NCBI RefSeq assembly: GCF_000341895.1
Contig: NC_020409.1
Coordinates: 2,490,001-2,522,000, forward strand
Origin: Pseudodesulfovibrio piezophilus C1TLV30
Lineage (GTDB): Bacteria; Desulfobacterota; Desulfovibrionia; Desulfovibrionales; Desulfovibrionaceae
Length of the DNA: 32,000 bases
Reading direction: 5' to 3'
In this document: positions 8,105 to 16,851 of the stretch, in pieces
Position numbering within the stretch: the stretch's first letter is position 1
How the letters are laid out: each line of letters starts with the position of its first letter
Translations under genes and position numbers: made by a program
The notes under the pieces: generated by a model
Told to the model about the DNA's origin: nothing
The model's input: only the letters and a program-made list of their open reading frames with translations
Database searches by the model: none

Positions 8105-8779
8105 ATGCTGGTAAAGAACTGGATGACTGCGGAAGTGGTAACCATTACCCCGGACCGTTCCATGATGAAGGCTTCCAAATTGATGAAGGACAAGATCATC
8201 AGTTGTGTGCCTGTTGTGGATGAAAACGGCAAAATCGTCGGTATCGTTTCCGATCGGGATATCAAGGACGCATCGCCGTCCAAGGCCACGACCCTGGACA
8301 TGCATGAACTCTACTACCTGCTGTCCGAGATCAAGATCAAAGATATCATGACCAAAAAGGTCACCACTATCCGCGAAGACGAGACAGTGGAAAAAGCTGC
8401 GGTCCTGATGCTTGAAGGCCGCTTCGGAAGCCTGCCGGTGGTGGATGAAAATAATGTTGTCGTCGGTATTATCACCGATACGGATGTCTTCAAGGTACTG
8501 GTTGAAATATCAGGTATCTATGAAGGTGGAGTTCAGGTCTGCCTCGAAATTTCCACCGGACCGGGAAGCCTTGCTCCCATTCTTGATTATCTCAAGGAAA
8601 ATGGAGCGCGGATCATGTCGGTGATGACGCATAATGTCCCTGAGAGCGAAGGACTCAAAAACGTCTATATCCGTCTGCGTGATATGGAGAAATCTGATCT
8701 GAAGCGCCTCAAGGCAGGTATGGAAGAGCGCTTCTCCGTCCTGTATTGGACCGTAGACCCTGTTCACCGTGTCGTTTAG
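8105..8779 (+). CDS. CBS-pair plus ACT-like domain protein (AcuB-like)
   Basis: Two CBS repeats are present (MTAEVVTITPD...VPVVDENGKIVGIVSDRDI and MTKKVTTIRED...LPVVDENNVVVGIITDTDV), followed by a C-terminal ACT-like segment. AGGAGG lies upstream of the ATG. Confidence 0.85.
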   Translation: MLVKNWMTAEVVTITPDRSMMKASKLMKDKIISCVPVVDENGKIVGIVSDRDIKDASPSKATTLDMHELYYLLSEIKIKDIMTKKVTTIREDETVEKAAVLMLEGRFGSLPVVDENNVVVGIITDTDVFKVLVEISGIYEGGVQVCLEISTGPGSLAPILDYLKENGARIMSVMTHNVPESEGLKNVYIRLRDMEKSDLKRLKAGMEERFSVLYWTVDPVHRVV

Positions 8780-8862
8780 TGAAGGCCTTCATTCATAAAA
8801 ACAAAGAAGCAGGCCGGATTTTTTGCAGGCGTTTTTCATAAATGGTGCAAAATGAACGGAAT

Positions 8863-8895
8863 CCCCCGGAAACAGCGGTTTCCGGGGGATTTTTT
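8863..8895 (+). terminator. Rho-independent terminator
   Basis: An 11-bp perfect stem cccccggaaac / gtttccggggg is followed by attttttc. Confidence 0.75.
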
Positions 8896-9366
8896 CGGAA
8901 ATTGTTCTTTCATGCTCCAGTTGGAGGGGATATCACCTGACAATCCCACCACAGGCAGTCTCTCTTTCTCCCATTTGCGGGAAACTCCCTAGGTCTTTTG
9001 AAGTCTGTTTTTTATGGTGGCAGGAGAAACATTCTGCCCCTTGCAAAAGAATGTTCTCTCTGGTCGGAAATGAAGACTCTGTGGTGTGTGGCTTGGTTCA
9101 AAGGGGTTGTTCCATGAGGTCTGGAAGGAATCGGGAAACAGCCGCATTGAATCTTTTTTGTAAAAATGTTTATCGATAGCTTGCCGAAAGCCCGGTTATC
9201 TGCAATAGAATGATCTCACAACCGACAACGTTTACCTTTAACCTCCTCAAGAACCGCCCACATTCCCGGGCGGTTCTTCTCCTTTGGTGCTTTTTCCCGT
9301 TTCCCTCTTAAGGTCTTCTGCAAAAAGCCGATAGAGAGGGTACAGAGTTGGAATCAAGGAGTTTTT

Positions 9367-9759
9367 ATGGGAAGTATTGTCGCGCTGGATGAATTTCGCC
9401 AGGCCATGGGCAAGAAGCCGTCGCCTAAACGCCCGCCCCGGCCCAAAGTGTCCGGTGCCGAGGTCTGGGGTCGGGACTACAGGGAGGTCGAGTCCATTGT
9501 TTTTGGCCTGTTGACGGTACGTGGGCTGATGGCACATCACATGGGGCAGCATGACCACGCTTTCGATCATCTCTGTCTTGAAAGTCTTGAAGCAGCGTAT
9601 CAATTGAGCCTTTCAGGACCCGGCAGGCTCAAGACCGTGGTCAAGCCACTGAAGGAATGGATTCTTGACGAAATGACTGAAGACAATAAGCGGGACCTTT
9701 CCTGGGCTTTGGTTATTCTCGATCTCATAGAAAAATCGCCGATCAAGGAAAAACGATAG
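9367..9759 (+). CDS. Hypothetical protein (130 aa), monocistronic
   Basis: AAGGAG lies 6 nt upstream of the ATG and the gene has its own downstream terminator. I recognise no motif; the N-terminus is basic and Pro-rich (KKPSPKRPPRPK). Confidence 0.6.
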   Translation: MGSIVALDEFRQAMGKKPSPKRPPRPKVSGAEVWGRDYREVESIVFGLLTVRGLMAHHMGQHDHAFDHLCLESLEAAYQLSLSGPGRLKTVVKPLKEWILDEMTEDNKRDLSWALVILDLIEKSPIKEKR

Positions 9760-9814
9760 GACCGATCTTTTTTGTGAAAGAAAAAGCTGTGAGTACTGGG
9801 TGACGATGGCTGAC

Positions 9815-9848
9815 GAAAACCGACCAAGAAAGTCGGTTTTCTTTTTTT
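9815..9848 (+). terminator. Rho-independent terminator
   Basis: The stem gaaaaccgac / gtcggttttc is followed by a T7 run. Confidence 0.75.
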
Positions 9849-9960
9849 GGGGTGCAGGGTGAAGAGGTGGTTCTCTCTGTGGGGAACCGTTTACCGGGGT
9901 GAAAAGACCCTTCCCCGAATATGGCGTGAGAGAATATCATGGCTTGGCTAATGAGAGAGT

Positions 9961-10779
9961 ATGGACGTCAACTCTTCCTTCAGACCGAGACCAATGCTGC
10001 TGCTTTCTTCAGGATGTCTTTTTCATCTTCCCTTGCGTCTCATAGCACGCCTTGGCCGTAATGCCGGGTTCGCAGGTCTTGAGGTGATCATGAATTCGCC
10101 CCGGTTGTGTCACTCTTCGGAGCTGGATGGAGTGGATGCGCTGCTTCCCATCAAGAGTTTGCATGCACCTTTTCGACGCTGGTCGGATTGGGGCGGACAC
10201 CTTGCAGCCTGGAAAGCGACGACTTCTCTTGCCAATTCCCTGCCCAACGTCGACCATATCACACTGCATCCACCCGGCACTCGGCTTGCCAACATGATCG
10301 CCAACCGATGGTTCGAGAAGGCTCATGACCTTGCTCTGTTACTCGACGCCAAGGGGCGTGTGCGATTTTCTTTGGAAACCATGCCCTGGGTGCGAGGTTC
10401 ACCCTTTGGCAGGCATCCCTTTGAGCAACTCCTGGAACTGTGTCGTGACAAAAATGTTGGATTGACTTTTGATGTCTGTCATATGGGAGTGTCCGGGTTG
10501 AATATCATGGATGCCATTGGTCATGTGCCTGACGCGCTCTTGTATAACGTCCATTTCTCTGATGCCAAGGGGTATACCGAGCACCTTTCTCCAGGAAAGG
10601 GCGACCTGCCGCTCGATGATTTTCTCAAGCATCTTGGCAAACGTGGGTATGATGGCTACCTTACCCTGGAACTGGAACCGTCTGCTTTCCCCGATGATCT
10701 TGATGCCAGTACCGAAATACTGGCAGGAATGCGGACACATATTGAGACCCGCCTGATGCGGGGTGCAAAGGAAGCTTGA
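9961..10779 (+). CDS. Sugar-phosphate isomerase/epimerase, xylose-isomerase-like TIM barrel (AP_endonuc_2 family)
   Basis: The family-typical pattern of conserved H/E/D strand ends is present (LHAPF, ITLHPP, SLETMP, FDVCH, VHFSD, LTLELE). Confidence 0.75.
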   Translation: MDVNSSFRPRPMLLLSSGCLFHLPLRLIARLGRNAGFAGLEVIMNSPRLCHSSELDGVDALLPIKSLHAPFRRWSDWGGHLAAWKATTSLANSLPNVDHITLHPPGTRLANMIANRWFEKAHDLALLLDAKGRVRFSLETMPWVRGSPFGRHPFEQLLELCRDKNVGLTFDVCHMGVSGLNIMDAIGHVPDALLYNVHFSDAKGYTEHLSPGKGDLPLDDFLKHLGKRGYDGYLTLELEPSAFPDDLDASTEILAGMRTHIETRLMRGAKEA

Positions 10780-10781
10780 AT

Positions 10782-11192
10782 ATGCCCACTCCATATCTTG
10801 AACAGGTCCGAAAAAAGGATCAACAGGTCAACCCGTTGTTTCTTTCACATGGAATAGAAGTCGAATCCATTGCCGTGGATCGGGCCGTCCTTCGTCTTGA
10901 GGTTACTTCCGGATTGATACAAGGCGGTGGTGTGGTTGCCGGAGGCATTGTTGCCTCCCTCTTGGATGGTGCCATGGCTCACGCTGTTCTGGGGGGCAAC
11001 AAGCAGGGTGAGGTGGCATCGACCATTGATATGAATGTTTGCTTCTACCACCCGGTTCTCAACGGAGAATGCATCACATGTGAGGGATGGGTGGACAAGC
11101 GCGGCAGCCGGATTGTTTTTGCCGGGGCCGTGGCCTTGGTGGAGGGGCGCGAGGTAGCCAAGGCAACGGCATCATTCATGATCGTTCACTAG
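10782..11192 (+). CDS. PaaI-family hotdog-fold thioesterase
   Basis: It shows GGGVVAGGIVASLLDGAMAHA, the typical PaaI/4HBT class II core, followed by a C-terminal beta-sheet pattern. AAGGAAG lies upstream. The ATG at 10782 sits just after the upstream stop. Confidence 0.85.
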   Translation: MPTPYLEQVRKKDQQVNPLFLSHGIEVESIAVDRAVLRLEVTSGLIQGGGVVAGGIVASLLDGAMAHAVLGGNKQGEVASTIDMNVCFYHPVLNGECITCEGWVDKRGSRIVFAGAVALVEGREVAKATASFMIVH

Positions 11193-11262
11193 AAAAAGCA
11201 TCCCCAGAGGACGGCTTTGAATGGAATGACTCCGTCATACAAATCAATTCAGGAGATGAAAC

Positions 11263-11697
11263 ATGACTCCATCGACAGATCTTATCGTTTGCCCGGCATG
11301 TCGGGCCATCAACAGGGTTCAGGCTGGTCGGGAAGCTCAGGCAACATGTGGCAAATGCGGTGGCAAGGTCTATGAGCCACATGTGCTGGAATTGGTCGGC
11401 ATGACTTTTGATCGGCATATCGCCAAAACAGGCATTCCCGTGTTGGTGGATTTCTATTCACCGACATGCGGTCCCTGCCTGATGATGGGACCACAATTCG
11501 AGGAAGCTGCGCGATTGCTGTATCCTTCGGTGCGTTTTGGCAGAATTGACACCTCTGCGGAGCACAGCGTTGCTGCTCGGTTTGATATCATGTCCGTTCC
11601 GACGCTGGTTCTTTTCAAGAACGGTCGGGAAATTGCCCGCCAGCCGGGGGCGATGAACGCCCATGATATTGTCGCTTGGGCACGAAAAAATCTTTAA
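11263..11697 (+). CDS. trxC: Thioredoxin 2 with an N-terminal zinc-finger extension
   Basis: The N-terminus has CPAC...CGKCG (two CxxC pairs). A thioredoxin domain follows with the CGPC active site (FYSPTCGPC). Confidence 0.9.
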   Translation: MTPSTDLIVCPACRAINRVQAGREAQATCGKCGGKVYEPHVLELVGMTFDRHIAKTGIPVLVDFYSPTCGPCLMMGPQFEEAARLLYPSVRFGRIDTSAEHSVAARFDIMSVPTLVLFKNGREIARQPGAMNAHDIVAWARKNL

Positions 11698-12124
11698 AGA
11701 GCAGAGTGTGATGTACAGGATTTGATTTGGATACAAGATTTCTTGTCTGTTCGGATAGGGCCGGCGACATGCTCTGCGTCACGCTTATTTGCGCTCCATG
11801 TGTCACCTGATGTCTGCCGAGAGATGTTGCACAGAATGAACAGCTCTGCCGTGATTGCCTTTTGATGACCATTTTGAAGCTCTTCATTCGATAAGTGGCT
11901 TGGGGTCATTGTGGGCTTGATGCCGGACAACTATGGATTTGATACGACAGATAACACCGTGACAATGACACTCCCTGCGGTGATACCGTTGCTGTGGGAG
12001 ATGAGTCGTGATTTTTCAATCAGGCAAATTGATTTTACAATCGGCTATGATAGAGTAGCCAATACTCGGATCATGTTGTATTGTAGGGCTATGCATTAAT
12101 AAAATAATAACCCTCTCATACATC

Positions 12125-12838
12125 ATGAAACGTGTTTTTGTCTGTTTACTCCTGTTTGCGATCCTTCTGCCTGTTCCGGGGATGGCCTTGACTCCTATGA
12201 GAGTCAGCACCTCTATCAAGCCGCCGTTTTCGACTCATGATCAGACAGGTTTTTTTGATCTGCTGATCCTGGAGCTTGGCAGGCGGATCGAGAGGGAAAT
12301 TGAATTCATCCGTCTTCCTCCGGGGAGGGCGCTCGTCTCTGCCAATGACGGGAAATGTGATATGGAATTGCCTCGAATCGGCGGTTTGCAGACAGAATAT
12401 CCAAACTTGATTCAGATACCGGAAAAAGTCATAGAGTATCAATTTGTCGCTTTTTCCCGCACGGGAAAAGGGTTTTCCTGTTGGGAAGCGCTCCGTAATC
12501 GTCGGGTCGGCTATCTCCTTGGCTGGAAAATCTTTGAAAAGAATGTGCCTGATTCAGTCGGAGTGACGCATTTGCGAAATCCCGACATCATGTTTCACAT
12601 GCTTGACCAGGGACGAATTGATGTGGCGCTGTATGAATTGTATGCCGGGAAAGCTAAGCTCCGTGAACTGGGAACTCATGGTATCAAGGTTTGCTGCCCG
12701 CCCCTTGCTGTCAGGCCCATGTATATTTACCTCCATAAAAGTCAGGCGTATCTTTCCTCACGGATTGCCAATTGCCTCAAGGCCATGAAAGCTGACGGCA
12801 CGTATTTGAGGATATTGCACCAGGCATTGGGACAATGA
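12125..12838 (+). CDS. Periplasmic substrate-binding protein, family 3 (amino-acid ABC-type SBP fold), orphan
   Basis: It has a signal peptide (MKRVFVCLLLFAILLPVPGMA) and SBP_bac_3-like composition. No permease or ATPase gene is adjacent. Confidence 0.75.
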   Translation: MKRVFVCLLLFAILLPVPGMALTPMRVSTSIKPPFSTHDQTGFFDLLILELGRRIEREIEFIRLPPGRALVSANDGKCDMELPRIGGLQTEYPNLIQIPEKVIEYQFVAFSRTGKGFSCWEALRNRRVGYLLGWKIFEKNVPDSVGVTHLRNPDIMFHMLDQGRIDVALYELYAGKAKLRELGTHGIKVCCPPLAVRPMYIYLHKSQAYLSSRIANCLKAMKADGTYLRILHQALGQ

Positions 12839-13003
12839 TGGTGAGTTTTCGGTCATGGTATTGGAGGCCGAGTTGTGCATTTATACAAAAAGAACGGACC
12901 CGAAAGCAGCTTCTGTGCTCTCGAATCCGATCTTGGATGATCCAAAGACAGGTCAGGCTGTCTCGTCTCGTTTCTTGCCGCTATACCTGAAGCGGCGCTT
13001 TTG

Positions 13004-13927
13004 TTAAACGTCGTCTGTGTTCGTTTTACCCATGTCTGACGGCGTGTTTTCCGGGAGAGCATCTGCCTGGGGCAATGTCTCTTCAGGCTTCACGGCGTCT
13101 TGACTGAGGGGGGCAGCTTCGACTTTCGGTTCCGCGTCCGTTTCTGGTTTGGGTGCGGCTTTGGGCGGCTCCATGTAGCGAGCAAAAACCAGGAAACCGG
13201 TGTGTGCGACCATGCGATCATCCGGCCGCAAACGGTCTGCCACGGGTTTCCATCGGCGGACCAGAATTTCAAGGACTTCCAACTCTGCAAAAGGACCAGC
13301 TTCCAGGCCGCGCAGCAGATCGGAAACTTGATTGACCGTTGGCAGCAAGAAACCACACATGGCACCAGGGATGACTGCGCTCGGGATGGACTGCAGATAT
13401 TCCCACGGGGTACGGACATCAAGGAAGAGCGCGTCCGCACCAGAGTGGAGGAAGCCGTCCTCGATATTCTGGTTGATCTGCTCGACACGGTGGTCAAGGC
13501 CGACCCGTTGCAGGTTTTTCCCGGCAAGTTTGAAAAAGTCGGCACGGCGTTCATAGGTAATGACCTTGCCGGTATCGCCCACAAACCAGGCCAGGGCGGT
13601 GGTCAGGCCACCGGAACCGGTTCCTGATTCAATGACAGTGGAGCCTGGACCGATGCCGAGCTTCATCATCAGATAGCCGATTTCCTTGGGATACATGATC
13701 TGGGTCTGTCGCTTCACGCCTTTGATCAGGTCGTGCAGGGTTGGTTTCAAAATGAGATATGGTCGCCCAAGATGGGTTTTGACGTACTGGCCGAATCCGG
13801 CCTCCGCCACTTCATCCATGAGCAGTTTGCCATCATGGGTATGAACTTCCCCGCCTGCTTCGAGCTTGCGAAGATATCGTTTTCCCTTGTGGCTGATAAG
13901 CAATATGAGTTGTCCGGCTTCGAGCAT
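13004..13927 (-). CDS. trmI: tRNA (adenine-N1)-methyltransferase (TrmI/Gcd14 family) with an acidic, Pro-rich C-terminal tail
   Basis: The SAM motif IESGTGSGGLT is present, with the Gcd14-type N-terminal beta domain and MVAHTGFL near the C-terminus. I chose the ATG at 13927 because AGGAGG lies 6 nt upstream. Confidence 0.85.
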   Translation of the reverse strand: MLEAGQLILLISHKGKRYLRKLEAGGEVHTHDGKLLMDEVAEAGFGQYVKTHLGRPYLILKPTLHDLIKGVKRQTQIMYPKEIGYLMMKLGIGPGSTVIESGTGSGGLTTALAWFVGDTGKVITYERRADFFKLAGKNLQRVGLDHRVEQINQNIEDGFLHSGADALFLDVRTPWEYLQSIPSAVIPGAMCGFLLPTVNQVSDLLRGLEAGPFAELEVLEILVRRWKPVADRLRPDDRMVAHTGFLVFARYMEPPKAAPKPETDAEPKVEAAPLSQDAVKPEETLPQADALPENTPSDMGKTNTDDV

Positions 13928-14227
13928 TGTGCCGCCTCCTGATGAAATATGGACCTTGGGGGTACGGTGGAGCGCCGTGGAAGTCAAGAAAAACGGCTCA
14001 AGTGCTTCTTTCCCGCCTCACGGCTGCGGGAATTTGATTCTACCTGAGAAAGCTGTCAAAGACATTATTAATACCCGTTGTTTCTTCGACTTTGCTTGCC
14101 ATAGCGGCTCGGCCCCTGTAGGACTGATTCATCCCATCCTTGACATGTGTCTCCGCGTCCTTAATAAACTGAGTAGATTTTTCGCCTGCATACAATGATG
14201 AGCGCAGGCCGCGAGGGAGAAGAGTGC

Positions 14228-15181
14228 ATGGCTTACAAATACGTTTTCGGTCCCGTACTGAGCGGGCGACTCGGCCGGTCGCTCGGGCTTGATCTTTTGG
14301 GTGGCCGTATTTGTTCCATGGACTGTGTATACTGTGAAGTGGGTGCGACCCGCGATTTGACACTCTTTCGCAAACCCTATGTCCCTGCCTCTGATATCCT
14401 TGGCGAGCTCGCCGCCTGGAAGGATGAGGGACTGGCCCCACCGGACATGATTACGCTGGGTGGACTCGGTGAACCGAGTCTTAACTCGGAGATGCCGGCT
14501 GTTATTGCCGGCGCCAGGGAACTTTTTCCTGACACGGATGTCGCTGTGCTGACAAACTCCACCTTGATGACAGACCCGTCTGTCAGGACGGAGCTGGCAC
14601 TGGCCGATGTGATCCTGCCGAGCCTTGATTCTCTGGTGAAGACCGAATTCGACGCCGTGAACCGACCGTGCGCCGGAGTTGATCCCATGGACGTCGCCCA
14701 TGGATTGATGGCATTCAGACAGGGATTCAAGGGAAAGATATTTTTGGAAATTTTGCTTGTTGAGGGAGTCAACGATACTGACGCCAACCTCGCCAAGCTA
14801 ACGGAATTTTGCAAACGGCTTACCCCGGATCGGGTGGATGTGGTCACAACGACCCGCCCCGGTACGGTCAGAGGAACCCGCCCCGTTGACGGGGCAATCC
14901 TGAGCCGTTGGCGCATGCAACTGGAAAGGGGCAAGGAAAAAAACTGCCCGACAGCGACTTCGAATTTGGAAGCACTGTCCCTGGAGCGGGTGACCGCTCT
15001 TGTCGGGGCATCCCTGGTTCGAAGGCCGCAGACAGTTCCCCAGTTGGCCGGAGCCTTGAACGTGGACCAGACGATGGTCCGCCAGGCCGTGGAAGCCCTC
15101 GTGAAGATGGGCGACGTCGTCTCTCGGGAAGACCGGGGCGAGACATTCTTCCACGGCACGGGGCACGTTCTCGAGGGCTAG
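14228..15181 (+). CDS. Radical SAM protein with a C-terminal winged-helix-like domain
   Basis: The CxxxCxxC cluster motif CSMDCVYC lies near the N-terminus, with GGLGEPSL (a SAM-binding GGE-like motif). The C-terminal about 70 aa look like a winged helix. Confidence 0.85.
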   Translation: MAYKYVFGPVLSGRLGRSLGLDLLGGRICSMDCVYCEVGATRDLTLFRKPYVPASDILGELAAWKDEGLAPPDMITLGGLGEPSLNSEMPAVIAGARELFPDTDVAVLTNSTLMTDPSVRTELALADVILPSLDSLVKTEFDAVNRPCAGVDPMDVAHGLMAFRQGFKGKIFLEILLVEGVNDTDANLAKLTEFCKRLTPDRVDVVTTTRPGTVRGTRPVDGAILSRWRMQLERGKEKNCPTATSNLEALSLERVTALVGASLVRRPQTVPQLAGALNVDQTMVRQAVEALVKMGDVVSREDRGETFFHGTGHVLEG

Positions 15182-15224
15182 ACATGCGCTGTGACACATT
15201 GACATTTTTCATACGAGGTTTTTT

Positions 15225-16697
15225 ATGACCGTCATCAAGAAGAGACGACAGAAGATGTTCATTTCCGTACTGCCGGGAGAACAGGTTGAAGTTGTTATTG
15301 CCGAAGAGGGTAAAGTCAACGAGTATTACGTTGAAATGGTCCATCAGGCCAAGACCAAAGGCAATATCTACAAGGGCTACATTCACAATATTGACAACGG
15401 GCTTCAAGCCGCGTTCATCAATTATGGCGCGGAGCGGAACGGATTCCTCCAGATAGACGAGGTCCATCCAGAATATTATATGGGCAGCCCGGCGACCAAG
15501 AAAGGCCAGCGCTTCCCACTCATGCAGAAGGTCCTCAAGCCCGGCCAGGAAGTCCTTGTCCAGGTCGTTAAGGAACCCACCGGTAAGAAAGGAGCCTTCC
15601 TGACTTCCTACCTGTCTTTGCCCGGTCGCAGTTTCGTTTACACTGTGGGGCGTAGCCAGATGGGCGTCTCCCGCAAGATCGAAAATGAAAAGGAGCGCAC
15701 GCGTCTGAAGAAGGCGCTTGAGTCCTTTGAAACCACCGAAGGAGTGGGGCTTATCGCCCGGACTGCCGCTGTGGGACAGTCTAAGGCCGCTCTGGAGCGT
15801 GATTACAAATACCTCAACAGATTATGGACGGATATTCGGTCCAATGCCCAGAGCGAAAAGGCTCCGGTCATTGTCTATGAGGAACTCGGCCTCGCGGCCC
15901 GCGCTGTGCGTGATTATCTCAGCACCGACGTGACTGAGGTGTATGTGGATGACAAGGAGACCTTCGAGCAGGTTCGACAGTTCGTCAAACTGGCCTTTCC
16001 GCGCAAGAACAACCTCGTCAAGTTGCATGAGGACCATGACCTCAGCCTTCTGGAGCGGTTCAATCTCGTGAAGCAGGTGCAGGAAATTTATTCCCGTGAA
16101 GCATCCATGCCGTCTGGCGGGCGACTTGTCTTTGATGCCACCGAAGCGTTGACCGCCGTGGATATCAACTCAGGCAAGATCGGCGGCGAGAGGAATTTTC
16201 AGAAGATGGCCCTCAAGACCAACGTGGAAGCCGCACGGGAAATTGCCCGGCAGTTGCGTCTGCGCGATATCGGTGGACAGGTCGTCATCGATTTTATTGA
16301 AATGAAAAACCCTAAAGATTGCCGGGAAGTTGAAAAAGTCATGCGTGCCGAGATGAAGAATGATCGCGCGCGGACCGATGTCAGCCGCATCTCCTCTTTC
16401 GGATTGATGGAACTTGTTCGGCAACGCCTTGGCTCTTCAGCCATCGCCATTTCCACTGAACCATGTCCCTGTTGCAAGGGAACAGGCATTCGTCGCAATC
16501 TGGAATGGCAGGCGCTTCAGGCGTTGAAATCCATTCATCGTGAGATGCACAAGCCCGGCGATGAGGTCGTGGAATATTTATGCGAAGAGGAGTTGGCCAT
16601 TTACCTACTCAACCACAAGCGCAAGATTCTTGCCGAATTGGAAGAGACCTATGGCAAGGAAATTCATGTGGATATCGAATTTGAATATGATGAATAG
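15225..16697 (+). CDS. rng: Ribonuclease G (RNase E/G family)
   Basis: It has an N-terminal S1 domain (GNIYKGYIHNIDNGLQAAFINYG), catalytic-site motifs AVDINSGK and VVIDFIEM, and a zinc-link CPCCKGTG. At 490 aa it is RNase G-sized. Confidence 0.9.
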   Translation: MTVIKKRRQKMFISVLPGEQVEVVIAEEGKVNEYYVEMVHQAKTKGNIYKGYIHNIDNGLQAAFINYGAERNGFLQIDEVHPEYYMGSPATKKGQRFPLMQKVLKPGQEVLVQVVKEPTGKKGAFLTSYLSLPGRSFVYTVGRSQMGVSRKIENEKERTRLKKALESFETTEGVGLIARTAAVGQSKAALERDYKYLNRLWTDIRSNAQSEKAPVIVYEELGLAARAVRDYLSTDVTEVYVDDKETFEQVRQFVKLAFPRKNNLVKLHEDHDLSLLERFNLVKQVQEIYSREASMPSGGRLVFDATEALTAVDINSGKIGGERNFQKMALKTNVEAAREIARQLRLRDIGGQVVIDFIEMKNPKDCREVEKVMRAEMKNDRARTDVSRISSFGLMELVRQRLGSSAIAISTEPCPCCKGTGIRRNLEWQALQALKSIHREMHKPGDEVVEYLCEEELAIYLLNHKRKILAELEETYGKEIHVDIEFEYDE

Positions 16698-16777
16698 TCT
16701 CAGGGCGTGATTGTCGGGTGATCCTTCCTCTGGAAAGAGGGGGGATTCTGTGATCGACCTGAAGGCAACGAATGATA

Positions 16778-16818
16778 GAAAAACCGGCTTGAAAATGAAT
16801 TTTCAAGCCGGTTTTTCT
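16778..16818. terminator. Bidirectional terminator between the convergent rng and rsmB genes
   Basis: A long stem agaaaaaccggcttgaaaa / ttttcaagccggtttttct is A/T-flanked on both sides. Confidence 0.75.
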
Positions 16819-16851
16819 ATGCTCATTGACGTCACTATAAGAGCGCGTGTT

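Noticed and set aside
9105-9150. GGTCTGGAAGGAATCGGGAAACAGCC resembles the conserved SRP (4.5S) RNA domain IV sequence GGUCCGGAAGGAAGCAGCC.
   Set aside because: An 8-nt insertion disrupts the near-invariant GGAAGCAGCC strand. The flanking sequences also do not form the long closing helix expected of 4.5S RNA.
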